A DNA stretch of 64,000 nucleotides, taken from positions 622,192-686,191 of the forward strand of contig CAWJWG010000003.1 of assembly GCA_963846545.1 (NCBI GenBank), given 5' to 3'. Origin of the DNA: an uncultured Gemmatimonadales bacterium (lineage in GTDB: Bacteria; Gemmatimonadota; Gemmatimonadetes; Gemmatimonadales; GWC2-71-9). Shown one piece after another: positions 1 to 9,813 of the stretch. A program made the translations under genes and the position numbers. Position 1 is the stretch's first letter; every line of letters starts with the position of its first letter. The notes under the pieces were generated by a model. It was not told where the DNA came from. It was given only the letters and a program-made list of their open reading frames with translations, and did not search any database.

Positions 1-2701
1 TCTCGTACTGTGCCGCGAGGACGAGGAACACCAGCACCAGCCCGAGCGCGAACACCACGCCCGCCTGGCCGCTGGACGCCCGTTCCTGGAACGACTGGCC
101 GCTGTAGGCGAATCCTACGCCTTCATCGGCGTAGCGGCCGTTGAGCAACTGCTCGACCGCGTCGAGCTGCTGGCCCGAGGACACGCCAGGCGGCGAGGTC
201 GACGTCACCAGTGCCGAAGGGAAGCCGTTGAACCGGCTCAGCACGCTCGGCGCGCCGCGAAACTCCGCGCGGGTGAGCGCGGAGAGCGGGATCATCTCGT
301 CGTTCTCCGCACGCACGTACAGCCGCCCGATGTCCTCGGGGGTCTGCCGGAAGCGTGACTGCGCCTCCGCCTGCACCCGGTAGGTTCGGCCGAAGATGTT
401 GAAGTCGTTGATGTACAGCGACGACAGCATGGCCTGGAGGGTGGCGAACAGGTCGTCCAGCTCCACGCCGCGCGCCTTCGCCGTCTCCCGGTCCACGTGC
501 ACGAACACCTGCGGCACGTTGGCGCGGAATGTGGTAGCCGCCCCCGGCGTCTCGGGCAGCTTGTTCATGTCGGCGAGCACCGCCTGGACTTGCCGGGCGA
601 AGGCCGGGACGTCCTGTCCCCGTCTCGCCTGCAGGTTGAGCTCGAGGCCCGCCGTGGTGCCGAGGCCCGGGATCTCGGGGAAGTTGAAGCCGAAGGCCAG
701 CGCGTCCTTCATCCCGAACAGCTGGCCGTTCATCCGGCCGAGAATCGCGTCGACCGTGTTGTCCTTGTCGCGCTCGTCCCAGTCTTTCAGCAGGACGAAC
801 ATCGTGGCGCCGTTGGACTGATTCGCCTGGGCCAGGAGGTTGAACCCCACCAGCGCCGCGAAGGTCCGCACGCCGGGCTCTTTCCGGAGCATCCCTTCGA
901 CCCGCTCGACCACGGCGTCGGTGCGTTGCCGCGACGCGCCGTCGGGGAGCTGGATGGCGATGACGAAGAAGCCCTTGTCCTCCGTCGGGATGAACGCGCT
1001 CGGCACCCTGCGGTAGAGCACGAAGGCGAGGACGAGGATGACCCCGAACGCCGCGACCCAGGTGCGCGGCCGGCCCAGCATCGAGCCCACTCGGCCGACG
1101 TATCCGCCAGTGGTACGGTCGAACCACCGGTTGAAGGTCCGGAAGAAGCGGTTCGAGGTGTCGTGCGGCGTTCCCTTCAGCAGGAGCGCGCAGAGCGCCG
1201 GCGTGAGCGTCAAGGCTACGATGCCGGAGAGCACCACGGCGATCACCAGGGTCACCGCGAACTGGCGGAGCATGGTACCCGTGATGCCGCCCAGGAACGC
1301 CACCGGGATGAACACCGAGCAGAGCACCAGCACGATGGCGACCAGCGCGCCGCCCACCTGACCCATCGCTTTGTCGGCGGCGACCTTGGCCGAGACCTTC
1401 TCCTCGTCCATGATCCGCTCGACGTTCTCGATCACCACGATCGCGTCGTCCACCACGATGCCGATCGCGAGCACCAGTGCGAACAGGGTGAGCAGGTTGA
1501 CCGAATAGCCCATCGCCGCCAGGCCGAGGAACGTGCCGATGACGCTCACCGGCACCGCCAGGAGCGGAATCAGCGTGGCGCGCCAGCTCTGAAGGAAGAG
1601 GAAGACCACCAGCGTCACCAGCGCCATCGCCTCGAGCAGGGTGATGATGACCTCCTCGATCGAGGCGGTGACGAACGGGGTGGTGTCGAACGGAATGGTC
1701 CACGACACGCCGGCCGGGAAGGACTTGGCCAGCTCGTCCATCCGGGCCGTCACCGCGTCCTTCACCTGGAGCTGGTTGGCGCCGGGACGGAGGTAGATCA
1801 GGATGTTCGCGGTGGGCTGGCCATTCATCCGGCCGATCAGGTCGAGGTTCTGCGACGTGAGCTCGACATTGCCGATGTCCCGCACCCGCACGAACGAGCC
1901 GTCCTCCCGCGCGCGCACGATGACATCCCCGAACTGCTCGGCGGTGGTGAGCCGGCCGAGCGTGGTGACGGGAAGCGTCAGCTGCGTGCCCACCGGAGCG
2001 GGCTCGCGGCCAAGCGTGCCCGCCGGGTTCGTGGCATTCTGCTCCTGGACCGCGTCGCGCACGTCGCCCACCGTGATGCCGAGCTGCGCCATCTTGTCCG
2101 GATCGAGCCGGATGGTCATGGCGAAGTCGAGGCCGCCGAAGAGGGTGGCGTCGCCCACGCCGTTCAGCCGCTTGAGCTCGTCCACCACGTACAGCTTCGA
2201 GTAGTTCGCGAGGTACGTCGCATCGTAGCGCGGGTCGGGGCTGGTGATGGAGGCCACGAGCAGGATGTCGGTCTGCGCCTTCCGGATCACCACGCCCTGG
2301 CGCCGCACCTCTTCAGGCAGCTGCGGCTCGGCGACCTTGATCGCGTTCTGGACGTCCACCGCCGCGATGTCCTGATCGCGGCCGATGTCGAAGAACACCT
2401 GCAGGTTCATGACCCCGTTACTGGAGTTCGACGAGCGGTAGTACATCAACCCGTCGAGTCCCGAGAGCTGCTGCTCGATGGGGGCGGCGACGGCCTGGGC
2501 CACGTCCTCGGCGGTCGCGCCGGGGTAGGTCGCGGTCACCTGCACCGACGGCGGCGTAATCTGGGGATAGCGCGCCACCGGTAGCCCGATCAGCGCGAAG
2601 GTTCCGAGCAGGACGATGACGATGGAAATCACGGCAGCCAGGACCGGCCGCCTGACGAAGAAGTAGAGCTGCTTGTCGCTCGCTGTGTTGGACTCGCTCA
2701 C
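1..2701 (-). CDS. RND (HAE1/AcrB-type) efflux permease, C-terminal part cut by window edge
   Basis: Hand translation from GTG at 2699-2701 gives VSESNTASDKQLYFFVRRPVLAAVISIVIVLLGTFALIGLP, a typical AcrB N-terminus. The same frame is still open at nt 2-10 (..LVFLVLAAQYE). The start overlaps the MFP stop (GTGA). It is absent from the ORF track because there is no stop inside the window. Confidence 0.9.
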   Translation of the reverse strand, partial: MSESNTASDKQLYFFVRRPVLAAVISIVIVLLGTFALIGLPVARYPQITPPSVQVTATYPGATAEDVAQAVAAPIEQQLSGLDGLMYYRSSNSSNGVMNLQVFFDIGRDQDIAAVDVQNAIKVAEPQLPEEVRRQGVVIRKAQTDILLVASITSPDPRYDATYLANYSKLYVVDELKRLNGVGDATLFGGLDFAMTIRLDPDKMAQLGITVGDVRDAVQEQNATNPAGTLGREPAPVGTQLTLPVTTLGRLTTAEQFGDVIVRAREDGSFVRVRDIGNVELTSQNLDLIGRMNGQPTANILIYLRPGANQLQVKDAVTARMDELAKSFPAGVSWTIPFDTTPFVTASIEEVIITLLEAMALVTLVVFLFLQSWRATLIPLLAVPVSVIGTFLGLAAMGYSVNLLTLFALVLAIGIVVDDAIVVIENVERIMDEEKVSAKVAADKAMGQVGGALVAIVLVLCSVFIPVAFLGGITGTMLRQFAVTLVIAVVLSGIVALTLTPALCALLLKGTPHDTSNRFFRTFNRWFDRTTGGYVGRVGSMLGRPRTWVAAFGVILVLAFVLYRRVPSAFIPTEDKGFFVIAIQLPDGASRQRTDAVVERVEGMLRKEPGVRTFAALVGFNLLAQANQSNGATMFVLLKDWDERDKDNTVDAILGRMNGQLFGMKDALAFGFNFPEIPGLGTTAGLELNLQARRGQDVPAFARQVQAVLADMNKLPETPGAATTFRANVPQVFVHVDRETAKARGVELDDLFATLQAMLSSLYINDFNIFGRTYRVQAEAQSRFRQTPEDIGRLYVRAENDEMIPLSALTRAEFRGAPSVLSRFNGFPSALVTSTSPPGVSSGQQLDAVEQLLNGRYADEGVGFAYSGQSFQERASSGQAGVVFALGLVLVFLVLAAQYE

Positions 2702-3810
2702 TTCGCGTCTCCTTCGGGGCTATCGGCCACCGCGCTGTCCGCCAGGACCACCGGCTTCACCCGCTGGCCGGGCTGCGCCTTCTGCACGCCCTCGACCACG
2801 ACGCGGTCGCCCGCTTCGAGTCCGCGCTCGATGATCCACCAGTCGCCGCTCCAGGTCCCGGTGTCGATGTCCCGCGCGACGACGGTATCGCCCTTGCCGA
2901 CGACCAGGAGGAACTGCCGGTCCAGCGACTGCTGCACCGCGCGCCGAGGCACCGCGAGCGCGCTGTCCCGCTCGAAGCCATTCAGCCTGACGCGAACGTA
3001 TTGGCCGGCGACCAGCGCGCGATCCTTGTTGGCGAACTTGGCGCGGTACTCCTGGGTCCCCGTTGCGGGGTCCACCGACGGACTGATGTAGTCGAGCGTG
3101 CCGGCCTGCTCCAGTTCCCGGCCGTCGGGCATCACGACCCGTATCCCCAGCTTGCTGCCAGGCTGGATCAGCGCCCTGGTGGCTGGGCTCTTTCGCCAGA
3201 AGAGCTGGTCCTGGCTCGAGGGCTGGAAGCTCACGTAGACCGGATCCACCTGTTCGATCGTGGTGAGCAGGTCGGACGGCCCGGTCACGCGCGCCCCCAC
3301 CTCCAGCTGGGTGCGTCCGACACGACCGGAGATCTCGGCTCGCACGACCGCATCCTCGCGATCCTTGCGGGCCTCGTCGTACGCTCCCTCGGCCGACTGG
3401 ACCTCGGTGCGCGCGTCGTCCACGTCCTGCTGGGCGACCGCGTTGCGCTCGAGGAGCGGCTCGAGGCGGCCGACCGTCCGCTTGGCGTTTGCCAGCCTGG
3501 CCGACGCGCTTCGGTACGCGGCGTCGTAGCGCACACGCTCGAGGCGGTAGAGCACCTGGCCGGCCTTCACCAGCGAGCCTTCGGTGAAGGGCCGCGACTC
3601 GATCACGCCGTCGATCCGGGGGCGCACCTCGACCCGCTTGATCGGCTGCACCTCACCCACGAATTCGTACTTGAGCGGCAGCGTCCGGGGTTGGACCTCG
3701 AACACGCCCACTTCCGCGGGGGGCGGAGCCGGTGGGGTAGCGTTGCTCTTGTTGCACGCCGCTACGGCCGCGATGGCCAGCAGCGGAACGGCCAGTCTGC
3801 GCGAGATCAC
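2698..3810 (-). CDS. RND efflux periplasmic adaptor (MFP, AcrA-like) lipoprotein
   Basis: This is the C-terminal 370 aa of ORF 2698..4071. GTG at 3808-3810 is preceded by AAGGAG. It has a signal/lipobox VISRRLAVPLLAIAAVAAC and HlyD-type lipoyl, coiled-coil and barrel sequence. The start overlaps the tetR stop (GTGA). Confidence 0.9.
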   Translation of the reverse strand: MISRRLAVPLLAIAAVAACNKSNATPPAPPPAEVGVFEVQPRTLPLKYEFVGEVQPIKRVEVRPRIDGVIESRPFTEGSLVKAGQVLYRLERVRYDAAYRSASARLANAKRTVGRLEPLLERNAVAQQDVDDARTEVQSAEGAYDEARKDREDAVVRAEISGRVGRTQLEVGARVTGPSDLLTTIEQVDPVYVSFQPSSQDQLFWRKSPATRALIQPGSKLGIRVVMPDGRELEQAGTLDYISPSVDPATGTQEYRAKFANKDRALVAGQYVRVRLNGFERDSALAVPRRAVQQSLDRQFLLVVGKGDTVVARDIDTGTWSGDWWIIERGLEAGDRVVVEGVQKAQPGQRVKPVVLADSAVADSPEGDAK

Positions 3811-4499
3811 GTCGAGTCTCCTTGGGCGGCGAGCACACCATGGTCGAGCAGGGCGACGAGCGCGGACCACAACTCCTCCGGAGTGGGAGGGTGCGGCTCG
3901 ACGGTGCCGAGACAGCGGTTCGCCTCGGCGACGCCCCAGACCATGGCGCCAATGACCCGGGCCACGTGCGGCCCGGAAATCCGGAACTCTCCCTGCTGTT
4001 GTCCGGCTTCCAGCACGCCTTCGATCAGCCGGCGCCAGCGTCCGCCGAGCTGGGAAAGCGTCCGGGCGCATTCGGGGAACTCACTCCGCTCGGCCTTGAC
4101 CACCAGCGCCAGCTCGATCACGCCGGGCTTCCACAGATGCTCCCAGAAGCGACGCACCAGCTGGTGCAGCAGGTCCCGGTAGCTGCCCCGATGGGAGGCG
4201 AGCAGCGCCTCTTCACCGGCCACGAAGCTCGCGAAGCGATCCTCGATGACGGCCCCGAACAGGTCCGCCTTGCTGCCGAAGTAATGGGCGACGAGGGCGG
4301 GGCTCACCCGCGCCCGCTCGCCCACGTCGGCGATGGTGGTGCGGTCGTAGCCCGCCTCGGCGAACACCTCGAAGGCGGCGTGGAGAATCTCGGCCGGACG
4401 AGACTCCGGTCGCCGACTCCAACGCCGCCGGTCGTCCGAGGTGTCGCCCACGCGGGCAGGGGACTTGGCCACGAGATCCTTCCAGTTGAGTAATTGCAT
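3807..4499 (-). CDS. TetR/AcrR family transcriptional repressor
   Basis: ORF of 230 aa with an N-terminal HTH (ILHAAFEVFAEAGYDRTTIADVGERARVSPALVAHYFGSKADLF). It is the first gene of the tetR-MFP-RND operon. Confidence 0.9.
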   Translation of the reverse strand: MQLLNWKDLVAKSPARVGDTSDDRRRWSRRPESRPAEILHAAFEVFAEAGYDRTTIADVGERARVSPALVAHYFGSKADLFGAVIEDRFASFVAGEEALLASHRGSYRDLLHQLVRRFWEHLWKPGVIELALVVKAERSEFPECARTLSQLGGRWRRLIEGVLEAGQQQGEFRISGPHVARVIGAMVWGVAEANRCLGTVEPHPPTPEELWSALVALLDHGVLAAQGDST

Positions 4500-4677
4500 A
4501 GCTCTTCAATAAGCGGCGGAATGTAGCGGATACCCACTGGGCCGCAAGCCTGCTGCCGTATTGAACGAAAAGTTACTTATTTGTTGCTTTTGCTCTTGGG
4601 TGGGGAAGTCGCGGGGAGAACACCGCCAGGAACGGCTGATGACAGCCGGAAGCAACCGGTTGGAGGTATCCGCTCGG

Positions 4678-5043
4678 CTACCGCCGGGAGGCGAGGAGCA
4701 GGCAGGCCCAGCCCGCCAGGAAAGCGATGCCCCCGAGCGGCGTGATGGCTCCGAGCCAGCGGACACCCGTGAGCGCCAGGGCGTACAGGCTACCGGAGAA
4801 CACCAGCGTGCCCACCGCGAACAGCCACCCGGCGCGGACCGGCCAGGGACCGGGCCAGCGCACGACCGCCCAGCCCACCGCGAGCAGCGCCAGCGCGTGG
4901 TACATCTGGTAGCGAGCCGCGGTCTCGAACACCGCGAGCAGGTCGGGCGAGAGGCGCGCCCGCAGCGCGTGCGCGCCGAACGCGCCGGCCCCGACAGCGA
5001 TCAGCGCCGACGCGGTGCCCAGCGTGAAGAAGAGGCGATCCAC
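4678..5043 (-). CDS. DUF423 (YgdD-like) small membrane protein
   Basis: 121-aa tail of ORF 4678..5619, starting at GTG 5041-5043. It has four hydrophobic helices and the GAFGAHAL and YQMYHALALL motifs typical of DUF423. The long upstream extension overlaps the next gene and is spurious. Confidence 0.75.
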   Translation of the reverse strand: MDRLFFTLGTASALIAVGAGAFGAHALRARLSPDLLAVFETAARYQMYHALALLAVGWAVVRWPGPWPVRAGWLFAVGTLVFSGSLYALALTGVRWLGAITPLGGIAFLAGWACLLLASRR

Positions 5044-5045
5044 AG

Positions 5046-5744
5046 CTACCTGGATGGAAGCCCGGCGGCCGCGAGCTCCGCGGAGGTCGCGCGCTGGTCG
5101 GCCCAGGCACCAAAGGCCGCGATCAGGAGAATGCCGACGACATCCGCCACAGCGATGGCATGAACGCTTGGCGGGATCGGCCCGAACACGCTCAGCAGAT
5201 AGATCGCGACCAGCACGGCCACCAGGCTGCCGAGCCGCCCCGGCCGAACCGGGTGACGGTGCGACCGGAACGCGACGTACACCGCGACGCCCGCCGCGAG
5301 CGTCAGCAGCTCCACCACCAGCGACGCGGTCGGGTGGTTCCACAGGCCGAGGCCGAGCTTGCGCGAGTCCTGTCCCCAGAGCGGCAGGTCGGGGACATGG
5401 ACCACCACATCGAGCGGGAAATGGGAGAGGATCGCGAGTCCAACCAGAGCGGCCGCCTGCCAGTGGCGGCTGGTGTCGCGGGTGGGCCAGGAGTAGTAGA
5501 GACCGGCTCCGACCACGCTCCAGGCCAGCATGCCGATCAGGCTGTGGGAGATGGGATAGTCGGGGAATTGCAGTGGCGTGACCGCGGTGTATCCCGGGTC
5601 GATGCGGACCTGCTCCCATCCCGCCAGCAGGAAGGCGCCCCAGAGCAGGTCGGCCAGGGTGACCGCCAGGAAGAGCGTGCCCAGCGACAGCTTCGGTTCC
5701 GCGCGCTTCAGCGCGAAGGCGACGCCGTAGTGTCCGAGAAACAT
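5046..5744 (-). CDS. Polytopic membrane protein, YdjM/DUF457-like putative metal-dependent hydrolase
   Basis: ORF of 232 aa. It has N-terminal MFLGHYGVAF, conserved His/Asp positions (SHSL, SHFPLD) and multiple TM segments. The family call is tentative. Confidence 0.55.
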   Translation of the reverse strand: MFLGHYGVAFALKRAEPKLSLGTLFLAVTLADLLWGAFLLAGWEQVRIDPGYTAVTPLQFPDYPISHSLIGMLAWSVVGAGLYYSWPTRDTSRHWQAAALVGLAILSHFPLDVVVHVPDLPLWGQDSRKLGLGLWNHPTASLVVELLTLAAGVAVYVAFRSHRHPVRPGRLGSLVAVLVAIYLLSVFGPIPPSVHAIAVADVVGILLIAAFGAWADQRATSAELAAAGLPSR

Positions 5745-5754
5745 GGAAGTCTCC

Positions 5755-6564
5755 TCACCGGCGGTCGCCGGCCAGCCAGGAACCGCCGTCCACCACGAAG
5801 ATGGCGCCGGTGATCCAGTCGCCGGCCGGGCTCGCGAGGAAGGTCACGAGATGGCCGACGTCCTCGGGGGTGCCCCAGCGGCCCAGCGGAATCGCCCGGG
5901 CCGCGTACTCGTCCATCGCCGGCACGTTCGGCGCGCCGCCGGGCGGCGTGAACGCCTTCTTCACTCCCTCGGTCGGGATCGGGCCCGGGGCGATGGCGTT
6001 CACCCGGATGCCGTCACCCGCCCACTCGAGGGCGAGCGTCCTGGTGAGCGCGTCCACACCGGCCTTGGCTGCCGTGGCGTGCGCCATGAGCGGCCAGCCC
6101 CGATAGTGCAGCGTCATGGAGATGGATACGATCCGCCCGCCGCCTTGCGCCTGCATCACCGGATGGACCGCCTGCGCGCTGTAGAAGGTGCCGTAGAGAT
6201 CGGTCTCCACCACGGCGCGCCAGGCGTTGGGCGACAGCGTCGCGGACGGCGCGTAGAAGTTGCCCGCCGCGTTGTTGACCAGCAGATCGATCCGGCCGTG
6301 CGCCGACTGCACGCTCGCCACCATCGCGGCGACCGACTCCGGCTCCCGCACGTTGGCTTCGACCGTCGTGACGGTGGCCCCGCCCGAGCGCAGCTCTTCC
6401 GCCGCGGCGGAGAGATGCTCGGGCTTCCGGCTCGCGATGGCCACCGTCGCGCCGGCTTGGGCGAGGCAGGTGGCGATGCCGAGCCCGATGCCCGTGCCGC
6501 CGCCGGTCACCAGTGCCACTTTGCCGGCGAGAAGATCCGGCGGGAAGATACGCGCCGTGCTCAC
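5755..6564 (-). CDS. SDR family oxidoreductase (2,4-dienoyl-CoA / trans-2-enoyl-CoA reductase-like)
   Basis: ORF of 269 aa with the Rossmann motif GKVALVTGGGTGIGLGIA. It shows classical SDR spacing and overlaps the upstream hydratase stop by 4 nt. Confidence 0.88.
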   Translation of the reverse strand: MSTARIFPPDLLAGKVALVTGGGTGIGLGIATCLAQAGATVAIASRKPEHLSAAAEELRSGGATVTTVEANVREPESVAAMVASVQSAHGRIDLLVNNAAGNFYAPSATLSPNAWRAVVETDLYGTFYSAQAVHPVMQAQGGGRIVSISMTLHYRGWPLMAHATAAKAGVDALTRTLALEWAGDGIRVNAIAPGPIPTEGVKKAFTPPGGAPNVPAMDEYAARAIPLGRWGTPEDVGHLVTFLASPAGDWITGAIFVVDGGSWLAGDRR

Positions 6565-7325
6565 CGGGCGGCGAACGCCTCGAGCCGTCGGTGGAACTCG
6601 GGACTCTGAAGCGCCTGAATCTGCGCCGCCCCCTCGCTCGCGAGGGCCTGCTCCAGCGCACCCAGCTCATCGCCGCGAACCAGCCGCTTGATCGTGCGGG
6701 CACTGGACGGCGCCGCCGCGGCGATCCCCTTGGCCAGCGCGGCCGCGGCGGTCTCGAACTCCGGGCCGTCCCGCACTTCGTCCACCAGGCCCAGGTCGAG
6801 GGCCCGCAGCGCGGTCACGGTCTCTCCGGCGATCAGAAAACGGAGCGCGCGGCCGAGTCCGATGAGTCGGGGCAGGGTGAAAGTCGAGCCGCCATCGGGC
6901 ACCAGGCCCATGCGCGCAAACGCCGAAGTGAAGGTCGCGCCGGCTTCGGCGATACGGATGTCGCAGGCGAGCGCGAGGTCGAGCCCGAACCCCGCCGACG
7001 TTCCCTGGAGCTCGGCCACCACGGGAAGTGGGCAGCGGACGATCGCGAGCACGGCCGACTGGAAATGCCCGAGACCGCGCTGGAGATCGCCGACCGCCGG
7101 GGCGGTGCCGAGGGAGCGGAGCCAGTGCAGATCGAGGCCGGCGCAGAAATGGCCCCCCGCTCCGCCGAGGACGACCACCTGCGCGGCTCCACGCTCCTCG
7201 ATCAGCTCGAGCTCCGAGGCGATCGCGCCGGCCAGATCGGGGGTCAGGGCATTGCGACGGGCGGGTCGGTTCAACGTCAGACGATGAACCAGCCCCTCCT
7301 CTCGCGATAACAGCTCTTCGGGCAT
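6561..7325 (-). CDS. Enoyl-CoA hydratase/isomerase (crotonase) family protein
   Basis: ORF of 254 aa with a crotonase oxyanion region (GAGGHFCAGLDL) and the motif TFTLPRLIG. Confidence 0.9.
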   Translation of the reverse strand: MPEELLSREEGLVHRLTLNRPARRNALTPDLAGAIASELELIEERGAAQVVVLGGAGGHFCAGLDLHWLRSLGTAPAVGDLQRGLGHFQSAVLAIVRCPLPVVAELQGTSAGFGLDLALACDIRIAEAGATFTSAFARMGLVPDGGSTFTLPRLIGLGRALRFLIAGETVTALRALDLGLVDEVRDGPEFETAAAALAKGIAAAAPSSARTIKRLVRGDELGALEQALASEGAAQIQALQSPEFHRRLEAFAAR

Positions 7326-7421
7326 GGGGCTCTCTGGTGGCCGATCCGTCGGCTATCGGGACTGACGGGGAAGGAAGTATTATACGGTCCCCCAGCCCAA
7401 GCTCCGAGCCCACAGACGACC

Positions 7422-9806
7422 TTGCCCTCCGCCTCTTCGCGGCAGTCCGATCATGCGTTGCCCACCGCAACCGCGGTCGCCGGGCGACTCGCGCTGTATC
7501 TGTGGCTCACCTCGATGCTGTGCTGGTGGGTCGTCGGGATTCAGTTCTCCCGCCTCTGGTGGCTGGTCAACGACAAACAGCTGAGCTGGATCCTCTTCTG
7601 CTACGCCTGGGAGGTGCCGGCGGTGGGCTGGACCGGTGCGGTGCTCGTGCCCTGGCTCCGCCTGCGCCGGCTCATTCAGCGACTGCCGACCGGCGACATC
7701 CGCACCAGCCGGCAGATCGCCCTCTATCCGCTGTTCGTGTTCTGGATGGTGCTCGGCACGTCCACCTTCGGCTACGTGATCGGCGCGCTGCAGGTGGACT
7801 ACTTCGCCGCGCTCCCCAGCCTCGAAGTCGCCAAGATCATGATCCAGGGCCCGGCGCTCGGGGGGCTCTTCGCCGTCGCGGCCTACCTGATGGCAGAGCA
7901 CGCCATCCAGGATCTCTCGGTGCCTCGCCCACCCTCCGGCGGGCCGGGCGACGACCGCGTCGTCGAATCGCTGTACGGCAAGGTCTTCTCGATCGCCGTG
8001 GCGCTGACGGTGGGCGTGGCGGTGCCGATCGTGCTTCACGGGCTCACCCAGACGCAGCGGCACCGCGAGGAGCTACGGGCGCAGGCCCTGTCGGCCGCGC
8101 TGCACGACACCTCGAGCGAGCCGGCGCTCCAGGCGGCACTCGCGCCCCTAGGGGCTCACACCTACGGGTTCGTCGTCCGCCGCTCCAACGACTTCATCAT
8201 CGCGGGTGAGGGCCGGGGCACCGTCCTCTACGGGCAGGGCCGGAACGACTTCGGGATGATCCAGCAGAACGAGGACGGCTGGTTCGCCAGTCGCGACGAC
8301 GAGCACAAGGTCGTCGCCTTCCTCCACCGGCCGGGGATCCTGCCCGACGGCGACGGCGCCGTGTTCGTGGCGGTCTCGCCGCTGCCGGACTACGCCGCGG
8401 AGCTCACCGCCGAGGGTCGAACGTCCGCGTCGGTGGCGCTTGCGGCTCTGGTCATCGGGCTGGTGCTCGCGGCGGGGCTGGCCTACAGCATCGTGCGTCC
8501 AATCGATCGGCTGCGCGCGGCCGCTTCCCAGATGGCCACCGGAGACTTGGACGTCGCGCGGGTCGGCTTCTCGCGCGGAGATGAAGTCGCGGCGCTGGCG
8601 CAGGCCTTCGACCGCATGGCCGTGCGTGTGCGCGCGGACGAAGCGAACCTCCGCACCGCCTACGAGCAGCTCCAGCGCGCGCAGGCCCAGGCCCTGCAAC
8701 ACGAGCGTCTCTCCGCCATCGGCCGCGTGGCGTCGGGTGTGGCCCACGAGCTCAACAACCCCTTGTCCGCCGTGCTCCACCTGGCCGAGGACCTCAGGGC
8801 GGAGGGTACCAGGCCGGCGCAGGAGCACGAGGCACTGGAAACCATCGCCGACCAGGCCAGGCGATGCCGCACCATCGTCCGCGATCTCCTGTCGTTCGCG
8901 CGCGGGCAGGAGCGCCGGCCGGAGCGGGCCGAGGCGCCGGCGATCATCGCTCGGGCGCGCGCGGCGGCCGAGGCGGTGCGGCGTGAGCGGCGCACCCGGC
9001 TCGACATCACGCTCGCGCCCGACATGCCGGACATCCTGACCGACGCGGCGGGGATGGAGCAGGTGCTGGCGAACCTGATCGTCAACGCGATCTACGCCGC
9101 GGGCAACGATGGCCAGGTGAACATCGTTGGTGCGCGGGCGGGCGAGGGTTGGCGGGTGACGGTGGAGGACAGCGGACCGGGGATTCCGCCCGAGGTGCTC
9201 CCGCGGATCTTCGAGCCTTTCTTCACCACCAAGCCGGAGGGGCAGGGGACCGGGCTCGGCCTCGCGGTCTCGCTCGGCATCGTGCAGCGCCAGGGAGGGA
9301 CGCTCAAGGTGGAAGCGGGCGGCAATGGCCGCGGCGCGAGATTCGTGGTGGAGATCCCTCCCGCTTCACGGGCCGAGGTCGAGCGCAGCGCCCCGCCCGC
9401 GAGCGCCCCCGCTGAGCCCGGGGTCGAGGTGCGCCCCCGCGTCCTGGTGGTGGATGACGAGCGCTCGATCCGGTTGGCGCTCGGACGGTACATGCGGCGG
9501 AATGGCTGGGAGGTGGACGAGGCCGAAGACGGCGAAGCGGCCCTTGGCCTGTTGAACGCGGCGCCGCCCGACGGCTACGACCTGGTGATCACCGACCTGC
9601 GCATGCCGGTGCTCTCGGGATTCGAGGTGCACGACTGGCTGGCGGCGAACCGGCCCGACCTCTTCGCCCGTCTGGTGATCGCGACGGGTGACGTGGCCTC
9701 CCAACCGGTGAGGGAGTTCCTCAACCGGACGTCGAGACCGGTGCTGGAGAAGCCATTCGAGCTGAGCGCGCTGGCGGAGCTGGTCGCGCGGGTGCGCGGA
9801 GGCTGA
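7422..9806 (+). CDS. Hybrid sensor histidine kinase (multi-TM sensor, HAMP, HisKA, HATPase_c, C-terminal receiver)
   Basis: ORF of 794 aa. It has the H-box ASGVAHELNNPLSAV, a G-box DSGPGIP..GTGLGL, and a receiver with VLVVDDE..DLVITDLRMP. The start is uncertain: TTG at 7422, or ATG at 7515. Confidence 0.85.
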   Translation: MPSASSRQSDHALPTATAVAGRLALYLWLTSMLCWWVVGIQFSRLWWLVNDKQLSWILFCYAWEVPAVGWTGAVLVPWLRLRRLIQRLPTGDIRTSRQIALYPLFVFWMVLGTSTFGYVIGALQVDYFAALPSLEVAKIMIQGPALGGLFAVAAYLMAEHAIQDLSVPRPPSGGPGDDRVVESLYGKVFSIAVALTVGVAVPIVLHGLTQTQRHREELRAQALSAALHDTSSEPALQAALAPLGAHTYGFVVRRSNDFIIAGEGRGTVLYGQGRNDFGMIQQNEDGWFASRDDEHKVVAFLHRPGILPDGDGAVFVAVSPLPDYAAELTAEGRTSASVALAALVIGLVLAAGLAYSIVRPIDRLRAAASQMATGDLDVARVGFSRGDEVAALAQAFDRMAVRVRADEANLRTAYEQLQRAQAQALQHERLSAIGRVASGVAHELNNPLSAVLHLAEDLRAEGTRPAQEHEALETIADQARRCRTIVRDLLSFARGQERRPERAEAPAIIARARAAAEAVRRERRTRLDITLAPDMPDILTDAAGMEQVLANLIVNAIYAAGNDGQVNIVGARAGEGWRVTVEDSGPGIPPEVLPRIFEPFFTTKPEGQGTGLGLAVSLGIVQRQGGTLKVEAGGNGRGARFVVEIPPASRAEVERSAPPASAPAEPGVEVRPRVLVVDDERSIRLALGRYMRRNGWEVDEAEDGEAALGLLNAAPPDGYDLVITDLRMPVLSGFEVHDWLAANRPDLFARLVIATGDVASQPVREFLNRTSRPVLEKPFELSALAELVARVRGG

Positions 9807-9813
9807 CGAGGAG

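Noticed and set aside
123-2584. Long ORFs 123..1703 (-) and 497..2584 (+), 526 and 695 aa
   Set aside because: They are Arg/Gly/Pro/His-rich low-complexity translations in alternative frames of the RND pump gene. These are typical shadow ORFs of a high-GC genome. The AcrB-like frame explains the region.
4500-4677. Possible TetR operator or small RNA in the AT-richer tetR upstream region
   Set aside because: I could not find a convincing inverted repeat (TTGAG..CTCTTCAA is imperfect) or a stable conserved-looking structure. It is probably just a promoter region.
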